This document shows, one piece after another, positions 30,595-40,413 of a DNA stretch of 64,000 nucleotides. The notes below the pieces were generated by a model, which saw only the letters and a list, made by a program, of their open reading frames with translations, did no database searches and was not told the origin of the DNA. Position 1 is the first letter of the stretch. Every line of letters starts with the position of its first letter. The DNA lies in the NCBI GenBank assembly GCA_963422375.2, contig OY729428.2:544001-608000 (forward strand). The letters are read 5' to 3'. Position numbers and translations under genes: made by a program. This DNA is from Bryobacterales bacterium. GTDB taxonomy: Bacteria > Acidobacteriota > Terriglobia > Bryobacterales > UBA6623.

Positions 30595-32055
30595 ATGACA
30601 CGACTCGCCTGCCTCCTCGCTTTCGCGGCGGCTTTTCCGGCCTGCGCTGCGGAGCGGGATCGTCCCAACGTCGTGTGGATTCTCTCCGAGGACCAGTCCG
30701 ATCACTTCGGGCCGTTCCGCGCCAGCCTGGCCAGGACGCCGAATATCGACCGCATGGCGGCGGAAGGAGCGTCGTTCGTGCGGGCCTTCGTCACGGCGCC
30801 CGTCTGCTCGCCGTCTCGCTCGGCCCTGATCACCGGGATGTACCAGACCTCGGTCGGGGCGCACAACCACCGCAGCGGGCGCGGCGAGCGCAAGATCCGC
30901 CTGCCCGGCGATGTCGAGCCGACACCCGCCATCCTGCGGCGGGCAGGCTACTACGTGAGCAACGGCAGGCTCAACGACAACGGGGAGCTCGGTCGGGGCA
31001 AGACCGACTACAACTTCGTCTACGACCCGGACCTGTACGACGGGGCGGACTGGGCGGGGCGCGCTGAAGGCCAGCCGTTCTTCGCGCAGATCCAACTGCG
31101 GGGCGGCAAGCGCCGCAACCAGCGGACCCTGCAGCCACTGGAAGGGGTCCGCTCCGAGGGCATCCGGCCGGACAAGCTCAAGCTACCGCCCTACTACCCC
31201 GACCATCCAGAGCTGCGCAAGGACTGGGCCCAGTATCTCGAATCGGTGGAGCACGTGGACTGGGAGGTCGGCCGAATCCTGGACCGCCTCGAGCGCGAGG
31301 GGGTCGCCGACAACACCGCCGTGTTCTTCCTGAGCGACCACGGTGTCAGCCACGCCCGCGGGAAGCAGTTCCTGAGCGAGGAGGGCATCAAGGTGCCGCT
31401 GGTCGTGCGGGCTCCCGGCCGGGTCGAGCCCGGCATGGTGCGCGAGGATCTCGTCGCCCATATCGACGTCACGGCCTCGACGCTGGCGCTGGCCGGCTTG
31501 GAGGTCCCGGGATGGATGGAGGGGCGCCCCCTGTTCGGCCCGGACGCGCGGCCGCGCGAATTCGTCGTGTCGGCCCGCGATCGCTGCGACGAGACCGTGG
31601 ACCGCATCCGCAGCGTGCGCACGGAGCGCTACAAGTACATTCGCAATTTCGTGCCGGAGCGGCCGCACCTCCAGCCCAATCGCTACAAGGACGGCAAGGC
31701 CGTCATCCGGACCCTTCGGCAGATGCGCGAGGACGGCAGCCTGGCCGCCGAGGCCGAGGCGATGTTCTTCGCCGCGCGCCCGGAGGAGGAGCTGTACGAT
31801 CTCGACGCCGATCCCTGGGAGATGCGCAACCTCGCGGGAGACGCCGAGCACGCCGAGACGCTGGTCGCCATGCGGAATACGCTGGACGACTGGATCGCGG
31901 AGTCCGGCGACCGAGGGCAGGCGTTCGAAACCGCCGCGGAGTACGGATCCGACATGACGGTTTACCTGCGCGGGCAGAACGGGCCGGAAAGGGAGACGCT
32001 GGAACGGAACATCGCCGACGTGGAGACTTGGAGAACGGCCCGCGGCGCCGAGTGA
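30595..32055 (+). CDS. Formylglycine-dependent sulfatase, secreted
   Basis: ggag RBS; signal peptide; PNVVWILSED, CSPSRSALITG, GKTDYNF, SDHG, RGKQ, ARDRCDE, EELYDL.ADP.E. Confidence 0.93.
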   Translation: MTRLACLLAFAAAFPACAAERDRPNVVWILSEDQSDHFGPFRASLARTPNIDRMAAEGASFVRAFVTAPVCSPSRSALITGMYQTSVGAHNHRSGRGERKIRLPGDVEPTPAILRRAGYYVSNGRLNDNGELGRGKTDYNFVYDPDLYDGADWAGRAEGQPFFAQIQLRGGKRRNQRTLQPLEGVRSEGIRPDKLKLPPYYPDHPELRKDWAQYLESVEHVDWEVGRILDRLEREGVADNTAVFFLSDHGVSHARGKQFLSEEGIKVPLVVRAPGRVEPGMVREDLVAHIDVTASTLALAGLEVPGWMEGRPLFGPDARPREFVVSARDRCDETVDRIRSVRTERYKYIRNFVPERPHLQPNRYKDGKAVIRTLRQMREDGSLAAEAEAMFFAARPEEELYDLDADPWEMRNLAGDAEHAETLVAMRNTLDDWIAESGDRGQAFETAAEYGSDMTVYLRGQNGPERETLERNIADVETWRTARGAE

Positions 32056-32076
32056 CGCGGGCGAACCGGCCCGAGC

Positions 32077-33045
32077 CTACCGCGTCGCGGAACGGGCGTC
32101 CAGCTGGAGCATGGCGTCCCTGGCGATCGCGGCAGCCCGGTCGTCGGGGTGCCGGCGCAGAAAGTCCTCCAGTTCCGCGCGGGCCAGCTCGAGGTCCCCT
32201 TCCCGGGCATGGATCTCCGCGAGGAACAGCTGCGGATTGCTGAAGTGGGACGCGTCGGCTTCCTTCGCTCGCAGCAGGTATTCCTTCGCCTTGCCGAACT
32301 GCCCCTTGTAGAAGAAGTTCATGCCGAGCTGGGAGTTCGCCAGGGCGTCCCCCGGCTGCATGCTGCGAGCCATCAGGTTGAAGCTGAGGGCCTCGTCGTA
32401 GCGACCCTGCGAGAGCAGCGTCCCGCCTAGATTCACCATGGGCGCGTAGGCCAGAGGCTCGTACTCGAGAGCCTTGCGGAAGCGCTCCTCGGCCACGTCC
32501 AGACTCCTGGCCTTGTAGGCGATCGTGCCGAGCTCGTTCCAGACCTCCGCGAAGGAGGGCGATATCTCGACGGCCCTGAGCAGGAGTTCGATCGCGCCCG
32601 CCTCGTCTCCCCGGCCGAGCCTAGCGCGGGCCCTCCGCACGGCGGAGCGCGCCTTCGGGGAGACCTTGAGCGCGGCGACCGAGACCGTGCTCCGGCCTTC
32701 CACTCGCCTCGAACGAGACGAATCGGAGCGGTCCAAGTTCACTTCGACGCGCACGCGCCCCTTGGAGTCGGCGAACGAGGGCGTGACCTGCACCGTCTTG
32801 CGCGTGACGCCCCAGCGGGGATCCATCACGGTCAGGGTGTAGGCGCCCGGTTCGAGCGACCGGAACTGGAAGGCGCTGTGGCGCACCGGGACTTCGAGAT
32901 AGAACGGGCTCTCGACGGCCGATACCGCGGCGACACCCCGCTCGAGGGGAGGCTCGACCTTGCCGTGGAGCGCTAGGGAAGCCGCCTGGACAGGCCAGCA
33001 GGCCAGCGCCAGGGCCGCGAGAAGTCGCCGTCGCTCTCCGCGCAC
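32077..33045 (-). CDS. TPR protein with N-terminal carboxypeptidase-regulatory-like domain
   Basis: Signal peptide after a probable GTG start; FQFRSLEPGAYTL; VSVAALKV..KA; several TPR helices (WNELG, VNLG..L, SQLG). Confidence 0.8.
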   Translation of the reverse strand: MRGERRRLLAALALACWPVQAASLALHGKVEPPLERGVAAVSAVESPFYLEVPVRHSAFQFRSLEPGAYTLTVMDPRWGVTRKTVQVTPSFADSKGRVRVEVNLDRSDSSRSRRVEGRSTVSVAALKVSPKARSAVRRARARLGRGDEAGAIELLLRAVEISPSFAEVWNELGTIAYKARSLDVAEERFRKALEYEPLAYAPMVNLGGTLLSQGRYDEALSFNLMARSMQPGDALANSQLGMNFFYKGQFGKAKEYLLRAKEADASHFSNPQLFLAEIHAREGDLELARAELEDFLRRHPDDRAAAIARDAMLQLDARSATR

Positions 33046-33255
33046 TGCGAGTTCAGTGTCGCATGGCGAGGGCCCGGAAGGCCGGAAGAGACTCGCCGTT
33101 TCCGGAGCACGCAGCGAGCGCAGCGCGACGCACGCGCTTCGTGCCGGAGCCGCGGAGCGCATTCGGAACGAGACGATCGGACGCGGCGCTTGAGTAGGGC
33201 AGGCGCGGAGCCTGCGAAGGCGTCCGTCCCGGTCGCGGGCGGAAGCGCTGGCCCC

Positions 33256-33599
33256 TCAGCGCGTCCGGGCCGGTCCGGCGGGCCGATCGTCGCGGCCGCC
33301 GCTCTGGAACTTCACGGAATAAACCGTGCATGCAGCGATACCGATTTCAAAGAGGTTGACAACGGACCAGATTTCTTGACTCAACGGCACCGGAGGGATA
33401 GGATTGTGGAGGGCCGTAACAATCCGAGGATCCACACCCAGTCCGTCAAGCCGCGACGGTAGGCTTGGACTGCAAGATAGGCGAACGCAGGGCAGCAGAT
33501 CCATCGCGGCGGAACGTAGCAGGCGTACGGGTTGCCCGGATAGAAAGCCCATGCATCCATGAGAATGACTACCGGTTGCGGCACCCAGATTCTTTTCAT
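33256..33599 (-). pseudogene. DUF6804-like small membrane protein, frameshifted near 33422
   Basis: MKRIWVPQ...WAFYPGNPYACY..RWICC.AFAYLAVQAY....DWVWILG joins IVTALHNPI..V.LSQEIWSVVNL..IGIA in the next frame; lower GC than neighbours. Confidence 0.7.
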
Positions 33600-33707
33600 G
33601 CCGCGCGCTCCTGAATCCCCAACCTACGGGCCGCGGCCTCCGGCATTGGCGGGATTACCATAGTAGGTTCAAAGCCGGTTCGGTCGCGGGTCGGCAGGCC
33701 GGAAAGC

Positions 33708-34364
33708 ATGAGCCTACCTACCTTCGCGCGCAACGCCATCTCGGACTACAAGCGCACGGCGGCGGTGGCTCCCAGCTCGAAGCAGCTCGCCCGCGCGATG
33801 GTCGACCCGTGGCGCGGAGCCGCGCCGCGACTGGTTGTCGAATTCGGGCCGGGCACCGGCGTGATGACCCGCGAGCTGCTACGGCTGCTGCCCGCGGACG
33901 GCACCCTGCTGGCGTTCGAGATCAGCGCGAGCTTCGCCGGATACCTCAGCGAGACCATCAGCGACCCGCGCCTGCAAGTCGTGCGCGCGGGCGCGGAGAC
34001 CGCCGCCTTGGAACTGCGCCGCCGCGGCATCGTCGCGGTCAACGGTATCGTGTCCTCGCTCGGAATCGGGTTCATGGACTCGGACGGGACGGACGCCATC
34101 TTCAGGCCGCTGCTGCCGCTGCTGGGCGAGAGCGGCACCGTCACGCAGTTCCAGTACGCCCACCGGATGCGCTGGCACGGCGGTCGCTTGGAATTCTTCA
34201 ACGCCGGCTCGTTCATGGAGCGCTACTTCCACTCGGTCGAGTCGACTTTGGTGCTGATGAACCTGCCCCCCGCCCTCGTGATTACCTGCCGGGGGGCGCG
34301 AAGCTTCGCCCGGACCGCGCCCGGCACTGGCAACGGCACCCCTCTCGGGTATACTCGCAGCTAG
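33708..34364 (+). CDS. SAM-dependent methyltransferase, phospholipid N-methyltransferase-like (COG3963)
   Basis: AVAPSSK.LARAM, VVEFGPGTGV.T, IVSSL, QFQY, VLMNLPPA. Confidence 0.85.
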   Translation: MSLPTFARNAISDYKRTAAVAPSSKQLARAMVDPWRGAAPRLVVEFGPGTGVMTRELLRLLPADGTLLAFEISASFAGYLSETISDPRLQVVRAGAETAALELRRRGIVAVNGIVSSLGIGFMDSDGTDAIFRPLLPLLGESGTVTQFQYAHRMRWHGGRLEFFNAGSFMERYFHSVESTLVLMNLPPALVITCRGARSFARTAPGTGNGTPLGYTRS

Positions 34365-34407
34365 CGGTTCGGAGCCCGCCGCGCCTTCCTCCCGCCGGTG
34401 AAACAGG

Positions 34408-34938
34408 GTGCTTGACATAGTTCTGGGCGCGATCCTGGCGGTGTCGGTGTTCCTAGCGGCGCGCAACGGAATCACCAAGGAAGTCGTCCGGATCGTCGCC
34501 CTGATCGGGGGCTTGATCACGGCGATGTGGGGCCACGACGCGCTGGCGCTGGAGCTGCGGCCTTGGATCGAGAGCGAGCGGGCGGCGGCCTGCGTAGCGT
34601 TCGCGCTGCTGTTCCTGGCCTGCCTGCTCGCCGGCTCGCTGCTGGCCTACCTGCTGGCAGGGGCGTGGAGGCTGACCGGCATGGCGTGGGTCGACATGGC
34701 GCTGGGGGCGGCGTTCGGCTTGGTCCGCGGCCTGCTCGTGGCGGCGGGCCTGCTGCTCGGCATGGTCGCGTTCCAGCCGTTCGCGGGAACATCGAGCCTC
34801 GTCGCGGAGTCGAAGATCGCGCCGTGGGTCATGAACGTGGCGCGAACCGCCACGCAGGCGGCGCCGCGAGCGTTCAGGGAGACCTTCGGCCGGGGCGCGG
34901 CCCAGGTCGAGGAGGAACGGGCCGAGACTCGGTCCTGA
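34408..34938 (+). CDS. cvpA: CvpA (colicin V production) family membrane protein
   Basis: D..L..IL..S.......G..KEV; D..LGA.FGLVRG; ESK..P; four hydrophobic segments. Confidence 0.85.
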   Translation: MLDIVLGAILAVSVFLAARNGITKEVVRIVALIGGLITAMWGHDALALELRPWIESERAAACVAFALLFLACLLAGSLLAYLLAGAWRLTGMAWVDMALGAAFGLVRGLLVAAGLLLGMVAFQPFAGTSSLVAESKIAPWVMNVARTATQAAPRAFRETFGRGAAQVEEERAETRS

Positions 34939-34945
34939 AGTGGCG

Positions 34946-36361
34946 ATGCAAGCGACCGATCGGCAGCCCAAGGCACCGGCTGCACCCAAAGACCGCTCCG
35001 AGGGCCCGCCGGGTCGGCGCGCCTTCCTGCAGGCCGCCGGCGGAGCGTCCCTGACGGCCGCCTCGGCCTCGCGGGTGGCCGGAGCCAACTCGCGGCTGCG
35101 GGTCGCACTCGTCGGCTGCGGCGGGCGCGGCCGGAGCGTGGCCCAGCGCGTGGCCGCCGCCGACGGAGTCGAGTACGGCTCGTTCTGCGACGTCTACGAC
35201 AGGCAGGCCCTCGAGGCGCGCGAGGCGCTGGGCCGCGGCGGCTGGGTCGGCCGGGACTTCCGCCGCGTCGTCGACGACAAGGAGATCGACGCCGTCCACG
35301 TGGCCACGCCCGACCACTGGCATGCCCTGCCCGCCGTGGCCGCCGTCGAGGCCGGCAAGCACGTGTACGTCGAGAAGCCGCTCGGGCACAACGTGCTGGA
35401 GGGCCGGGCGATGGTCCGGGCCGCGGCCAAGTCGAAGGCGGTATTCCTCACCGGCACGCAGCACCGGTCCGCGCCCCACCTGCGCGAAGCGGCGCGGCTC
35501 GTCCGGGAAGGCGAGCTCAAGGACGTGCATTTCGTGCGCGTGTGGAACTACGCCAATCTCACGCCGTCCGGGCCCGGCAGGACGCCCGATTCCGAGCCGC
35601 CGCCGGGCTTGGACTGGGACTTCTACCTCGGGCCCGCCCCGTGGGCGCCGTTCAACCCGATGCGCTTCCTGCGGACCTACCGCTTCTTCTACGACTACGC
35701 GGGCGGCTGGATCACGGATTTCGGGACGCACCGCTTCGACACAGTCCACCAGATCATGGGCCAGGACCAGCCGCGGACCGTGACGGCGGCGGGCGGCCGC
35801 TTCGCCGTGAGCGGCATGGGAGACCAGCCCGACTTGCTCCAGGTGACGTTCGAGTACCCCGGCTTCGTTCTGAGCTACGAGACCTGCAATATCAACTCGT
35901 TCGGGAGCATGGGCCGGCTCACGCCCGGCATGCCGCTGCACGGCGCCCGCGGCGCGGAGAACCGGCCGAACGGAATGGCGTTCTACGGCAGCAACGGAAC
36001 GCTGATCGCCGACCGCCTCGGCTACGAGGTGATCCCGGAGACCAGCCCCTACGGGGGCTCCCTGAGCAGCCGCGAGGCCTTCGAGCCGAGCGGGCTGGCC
36101 AGAACGCACCGTTCCGGCTCGGAGCCGTCGGCCCTGCACGCCCAGCACTTCGTGCGCTGCGTGCGCGACGGCGAGAGCCCCCTGTCGGACGCGGTGACCG
36201 GGCATCGCTCCTCCTTGGTCGCCCATCTCGGCAACATCGCCTACCGGGCCGGGCGCAAGCTGGTCTGGGACGGCGAGCGGGAAGACTTCGTCAACGACGC
36301 GGGGGCGTCACGGCTGCTCGGCCGCAAGGCCCGGAAGCCTTGGGACGCTATCAGCCTCTAG
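34946..36361 (+). CDS. Gfo/Idh/MocA-family oxidoreductase with Tat signal
   Basis: GRRAFLQ; VGCGGRG; ATPDHWHA; YVEKP; GTQHRS; LDWDFYLGPAP; DFGTH. Confidence 0.93.
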   Translation: MQATDRQPKAPAAPKDRSEGPPGRRAFLQAAGGASLTAASASRVAGANSRLRVALVGCGGRGRSVAQRVAAADGVEYGSFCDVYDRQALEAREALGRGGWVGRDFRRVVDDKEIDAVHVATPDHWHALPAVAAVEAGKHVYVEKPLGHNVLEGRAMVRAAAKSKAVFLTGTQHRSAPHLREAARLVREGELKDVHFVRVWNYANLTPSGPGRTPDSEPPPGLDWDFYLGPAPWAPFNPMRFLRTYRFFYDYAGGWITDFGTHRFDTVHQIMGQDQPRTVTAAGGRFAVSGMGDQPDLLQVTFEYPGFVLSYETCNINSFGSMGRLTPGMPLHGARGAENRPNGMAFYGSNGTLIADRLGYEVIPETSPYGGSLSSREAFEPSGLARTHRSGSEPSALHAQHFVRCVRDGESPLSDAVTGHRSSLVAHLGNIAYRAGRKLVWDGEREDFVNDAGASRLLGRKARKPWDAISL

Positions 36362-36447
36362 CGGCCGGCTCGCCGCGCCCCGGGGCATCCCCCGCCAAGC
36401 CGGCGGCGGGAAACCGCATGCCCTCCCGACTCGTCTATCGAAACAGG

Positions 36448-37422
36448 ATGAGAGCCTTTCTGACGGCGCTCGCGTCGCTGGCCGCGCTGGCCGCCGTCAG
36501 CGCCCAGGACGCCGAGATCGGCCCGGGCGGGGCGGACGCGACATTCTCTCTCGACGTCAGGGTCGTCAACCTCCTAGCGACCGTCAAGGACCGCAACGGA
36601 CACCTTGTCGCGGACCTTGGGAGGGACGATTTCGTCCTGGCCGAGGACGGCGTCCGCCAGGAGGTGCGCTACTTCGCGCACCAGACCGACCTGCCGCTCA
36701 CGATCGGGGTTCTCATCGATACGAGCGGCAGCCAAGAGGCGCTGATCCCGGAGGAACGCAGCGCCGGATCCCTGTTCTTCCGCTCGGTCCTGCGCCCCCG
36801 GCAGGATCTCGCGTTCCTGATGAGCTTCGACCGAAACGTCGAGCTACTGCAGGACTACACCAGCTCGCAGGAGCTCCTCCAGCGGGCGCTGGACGACCTC
36901 GAGGTGGAAGGGGCGACCCGCGGGCTGCATCCCAACCCGACCGGCCGCCAGAAGCAGACCAGCACGGCCCTGCACGACGCGGTCTTCCTCGCCGCCGACG
37001 AGATGTTCCGCGACCAAGTTGGCCGCAAGGCGGTCGTCGTGATCTCGGACGGATTCGATTTCGGCAGCAAGGTGCGGCTGAAGGCCGCGATCGAGGCAGC
37101 TCAGCGAGCCGACATCGTGATCTACACCGTCGAGTACCTCGACCGGAGATTCGCCGGAGGATACCTGCAGATGGGTTTCGGCTCGGGGTCGCTGAGGCGC
37201 ATGTCGCAAGAGACCGGCGGCACCTTCTTCCGCGTCTCGCGCACGCAGCGGCTGCCGGACATCTTCCGGCAGATCGAGGACGAGATGCGCAGCCAGTACA
37301 GCCTCGGGTACAGCCCCAAGCGCGGCTTGGAGCAGCCGGGATTTCGCAGGATCACGCTTAAGACGGCGCGACGGGGACTGAAGGTGCAAGCCCGCGACGG
37401 CTACTACGCCGACGCCATCTAG
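36448..37422 (+). CDS. Acidobacterial-type VWA domain protein
   Basis: FSLDVRVVN...TVKD..G..V.DL...DF...EDG; IDTSGS; TALHDAV; ISDG.D; ETGG; RSQYSLGY; VQARDGYY. Confidence 0.9.
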   Translation: MRAFLTALASLAALAAVSAQDAEIGPGGADATFSLDVRVVNLLATVKDRNGHLVADLGRDDFVLAEDGVRQEVRYFAHQTDLPLTIGVLIDTSGSQEALIPEERSAGSLFFRSVLRPRQDLAFLMSFDRNVELLQDYTSSQELLQRALDDLEVEGATRGLHPNPTGRQKQTSTALHDAVFLAADEMFRDQVGRKAVVVISDGFDFGSKVRLKAAIEAAQRADIVIYTVEYLDRRFAGGYLQMGFGSGSLRRMSQETGGTFFRVSRTQRLPDIFRQIEDEMRSQYSLGYSPKRGLEQPGFRRITLKTARRGLKVQARDGYYADAI

Positions 37423-37435
37423 GCGGGAGCCGACG

Positions 37436-38158
37436 TCACAGGCTCCGCACGGCGAGGCGCACGACGTCGTCGACGCGCATCGCTTCCTTGACCACGTAGG
37501 GCTCGCCGTACTCCGCGTCGATCAGGGCGCCGTAGGTGCGGGCCGCGGCCCGGATCCGGGCCGCGACCTCTTTCTCGCCCGGGAACAGGCCCGCCGCCTG
37601 CGCCTGGTCGGCGTACTGTGACCGGTAGCAGAGCAGCGCCTCCAGGCGGCGCTCGAACTGCGCCGAAATGTCGACGATGAAGCTCGGGCGGACATCGGCG
37701 TAGATCGATGCGTAGAGGATCTTGCGCGGCCGGTGGGGCGGCGCGTCGGCTTCCAGCTTCCGCAGGCCGGCGAGGAAGCAGGCATCGTACCCGATCTCCG
37801 AGCAGCGGGCGTGATCGGGATGCCGCGCCTGCCAGTAGGGCAGGACCACTACCTGGGGACGGAAGCGCCGAATCCACGAGACGACTTTCAAGCGGGCCTC
37901 GAGCGTGTTCTCGAGCCGGGCGTCGGGCAGGCCCGCGTTGCCGCGAGCCGCAACCCGCAGGACCTCGGCCGCGGCGGCGGCCTCGCGCAGCCGCAGCTCG
38001 GGAGTGCCCCGGCTGCCCATCTCGCCCTTGGTCAGATCCAGGATCGCAGTGCGGTAGCCCCGCTCCGCCATGCGCAGGAGCGTGCCGCCGCAGGTCTGCT
38101 CGATGTCGTCCGGATGCGCGGCCAGCGCTAGGACGTGGGCGCGGGCGTCTGGTTCCAC
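37436..38158 (-). CDS. bshB1: Bacillithiol biosynthesis deacetylase BshB1-like (PIG-L family)
   Basis: LAAHPDDIE.TCGGTL, DLT.GEMGSRGT.E.R, RHPDH, LAGL.KL, Y.SQ, YGEP; GTG start overlaps the upstream ABC gene. Confidence 0.82.
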   Translation of the reverse strand: MEPDARAHVLALAAHPDDIEQTCGGTLLRMAERGYRTAILDLTKGEMGSRGTPELRLREAAAAAEVLRVAARGNAGLPDARLENTLEARLKVVSWIRRFRPQVVVLPYWQARHPDHARCSEIGYDACFLAGLRKLEADAPPHRPRKILYASIYADVRPSFIVDISAQFERRLEALLCYRSQYADQAQAAGLFPGEKEVAARIRAAARTYGALIDAEYGEPYVVKEAMRVDDVVRLAVRSL

Positions 38159-39096
38159 CGGCCGTCCTCCCTGTCGAATCCGCGGCCCGCGTGCCGGAGG
38201 AACACGTCCTCCAGGCCGGGCCGCGACACCTTGACCGACTCGATCCGCCCGCCGAAGCGCTCCATCAGCCGGGCCGCCCAGAGCGACCCCTGGGCATGCT
38301 CGAAGCGCACCTCGCGCCCGCGGACCAAGGCGCCCGCCAGGGAATACTCGCTGGCGAGGACGGCGGCGACCTCGGCCGCCGCGCCGGAGGCGAGGGTCAC
38401 GACCTCGCCGCCGATCTCCTGCTTGAGCTCGCGCGGGGAGCCCTGCCGGATCAGCCTGCCGCGATCCAGGATCGCCAGGCGGTCGCACGAATCCGCTTCC
38501 TCGAGCAGGTGGGTCGTGAGCAGGACGGTCACGCCCTCCGAGCTCCGCAGATCCTCCAGATGGCGGCGGAAGGCGAGCCGAGCACCGGGGTCGATCCCGG
38601 CGCTCGGCTCGTCTAGCAGCAGGAGGCGCGGCCCGTGCAGCAGGCCCTTGGCGAGATCCGCCCGCCGTCTCAGCCCCCCGGACAGCCTGTCGACGCGCTC
38701 CTTGCGCCTGTCGCCGAGCCCGACCCGCTCGAGCACCTCGGCGATCCTAGCCCCGAGCCGCGCGCCGCGCATCCCGTGCATGCGCCCTTGGTGCCTCAGG
38801 TTCTCCTCGACGGTAAGGCGCCAGTCGAGGCTCTGGGCCTGGAACACGATGCCCACCTGGCGGCGGGCCCCCACCGGATCCGAGGCGACGTCGACGCCGA
38901 AAACCCGCGCCGCGCCGCGGTCCGGGAGCAGGAGGGTCGACAGGATGCGGAAGAGCGTGGTCTTGCCGCTCCCGTTCGGCCCGAGCAGGCCGAACACCGC
39001 GCCCTGCGGGACGCGGAAGCTGACGCTGTCCAGCGCGCGCGCCTTGCCGTAGCTGAAGGTACAGGCGGCAACCTCGATTGCGGGGACCTCTGCCAT
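38128..39096 (-). CDS. ABC-2 type (DrrA-like) exporter ATP-binding subunit
   Basis: GPNGSGKTT, LSGGLRRR, LLLLDEPS, TTH, RPGLEDVF. Confidence 0.93.
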   Translation of the reverse strand: MAEVPAIEVAACTFSYGKARALDSVSFRVPQGAVFGLLGPNGSGKTTLFRILSTLLLPDRGAARVFGVDVASDPVGARRQVGIVFQAQSLDWRLTVEENLRHQGRMHGMRGARLGARIAEVLERVGLGDRRKERVDRLSGGLRRRADLAKGLLHGPRLLLLDEPSAGIDPGARLAFRRHLEDLRSSEGVTVLLTTHLLEEADSCDRLAILDRGRLIRQGSPRELKQEIGGEVVTLASGAAAEVAAVLASEYSLAGALVRGREVRFEHAQGSLWAARLMERFGGRIESVKVSRPGLEDVFLRHAGRGFDREDGRWNQTPAPTS

Positions 39097-39180
39097 CGGC
39101 GGGCTCAAAAAACGAACGTAGCACAGGCTCCCGGCGCCGCCGCCCCGGCCCGTTCGCGGGCCGCCGGAGCGCCCGAGGCG

Positions 39181-40263
39181 TCAGCCCGTCTCGCGGAGCG
39201 CCTGCAGCACGCCCTTGATATAGCCGAACCCGTAGGCGAAGCCCTGCCGCCCGCCGGGGTCGTCGTCATGCAGCGGGACGTGGTCGGGCATGACCATGTA
39301 GGGGTAGTCGACCTCCCACAGCGTGCGGGCCACCTCGACCATGTTCAGGTCGCCCTCGTCCGGATAGACCTCTTGGAAGCTGTCGCGCCTCCCGCGGATG
39401 TTGCGGAAGTGGATGTTGAATAGCTTCCCCGCCCCGCCGATGCGCCGGATCACGCCATGAACCTCGCGGGCCGGATCCTGCAGCATTTCCGCGGTCGTGC
39501 CGACGCACAGGTTGAAGCCGTGGAAGGGGCTCTCCTGGATGCCCATGAACCGGTACAGGCCCTCTGGCGTGCCGAGGACGCGCGCGACGCCCTGGTAGCC
39601 CTCCGGGGGCACGCCCGGGTCGTGAGGATGGCAGGCGGCCCGGATCCCGAACTCGTTCGCGACCGGAATCACCCGGTCGAGGAAGTACGTGATCCGCTCC
39701 CAAGCGGCGTCGGCGTCCACGCGCCCGGCGCGCGTCAGGGGCGGGTCCGGCACCGCCTCGTCGAGGCGCCAGGTCGAGTATGTCGAACCCCCGCGGCCCG
39801 GGGTCCGCTCGGTGCGCAGCACCCCGAGAATGCTCATGTTGTACTTGAAGGCTGGGATTCCGGCCTCGGCGCAGCCGCGAATCATCCGGTGAATGTGATC
39901 GATGTCGCGGTCGCGCTCGGGAGACTGGCCCAGCATGATGGCCCCGCGGCGCTCCCGGTCGATGTGCGAGGAGGCGAGGAACGGCAGCGCGACCATGTCG
40001 AGTGACACGCCCTCGGACGCGCACAGTTCGCGCGTCCTCTCGAGATCCTCCGGCAGCCAGTAGCCGCGCTCGCCCGGATCGGGCGGGTAGCCGCAGCAGT
40101 TGTTCACCCCGTGGCGCTTCAGGAACTGCAGCATCTCGACGCTGGTGGGGCTGCGCTGGGCGCCGACGTGCATCCTCAATGGAGGGCGCGCGGTGCGGGG
40201 AGGGGCTTCCGCCCCGGTGCAGGCGGCTCCCGCCGCCGACGTAACGAACGCTCTGCGATGCAT
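39181..40263 (-). CDS. uxuA: Mannonate dehydratase (UxuA) family protein with RR signal-like N-terminus
   Basis: FKYN, WERITYFL..VIPVA.E.GIR.ACHPHDP, FNLC.GT, NIHFRNI.G, DEGD, MPDHVP, GYIKG. Confidence 0.85.
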   Translation of the reverse strand: MHRRAFVTSAAGAACTGAEAPPRTARPPLRMHVGAQRSPTSVEMLQFLKRHGVNNCCGYPPDPGERGYWLPEDLERTRELCASEGVSLDMVALPFLASSHIDRERRGAIMLGQSPERDRDIDHIHRMIRGCAEAGIPAFKYNMSILGVLRTERTPGRGGSTYSTWRLDEAVPDPPLTRAGRVDADAAWERITYFLDRVIPVANEFGIRAACHPHDPGVPPEGYQGVARVLGTPEGLYRFMGIQESPFHGFNLCVGTTAEMLQDPAREVHGVIRRIGGAGKLFNIHFRNIRGRRDSFQEVYPDEGDLNMVEVARTLWEVDYPYMVMPDHVPLHDDDPGGRQGFAYGFGYIKGVLQALRETG

Positions 40264-40413
40264 CAAGCTGCGCCTCCCTCCCCGCGAGCGGAATCCGGAA
40301 CCCGCGGGCTACCCCGACACTGTACAATGGAAGCACCCGGTATGGGGTTGCCGGGCCCGTCGCGAGCCAGCGCGCTCGAGGACAGCGATTAGATTCGTAA
40401 TAGGAGGATTACA

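Noticed and set aside
29002..32055. 1017-aa ORF suggesting a giant sulfatase
   Set aside because: The N-terminal half is an off-frame overlap of the 28589-30472 gene; RBS and signal peptide place the start at 30595
35542..37422. 626-aa ORF suggesting an extended VWA protein
   Set aside because: The first ~300 aa overlap the oxidoreductase out of frame; the signal peptide starts at 36448
39107..39170. cggcccg-ttcg-cgggccg hairpin as terminator of uxuA
   Set aside because: The T-tract is over 30 nt from the stem, so it is not a convincing intrinsic terminator
40264..40413. Possible riboswitch ahead of the TonB receptor
   Set aside because: Spacer is short and I see no cobalamin, TPP or other riboswitch consensus
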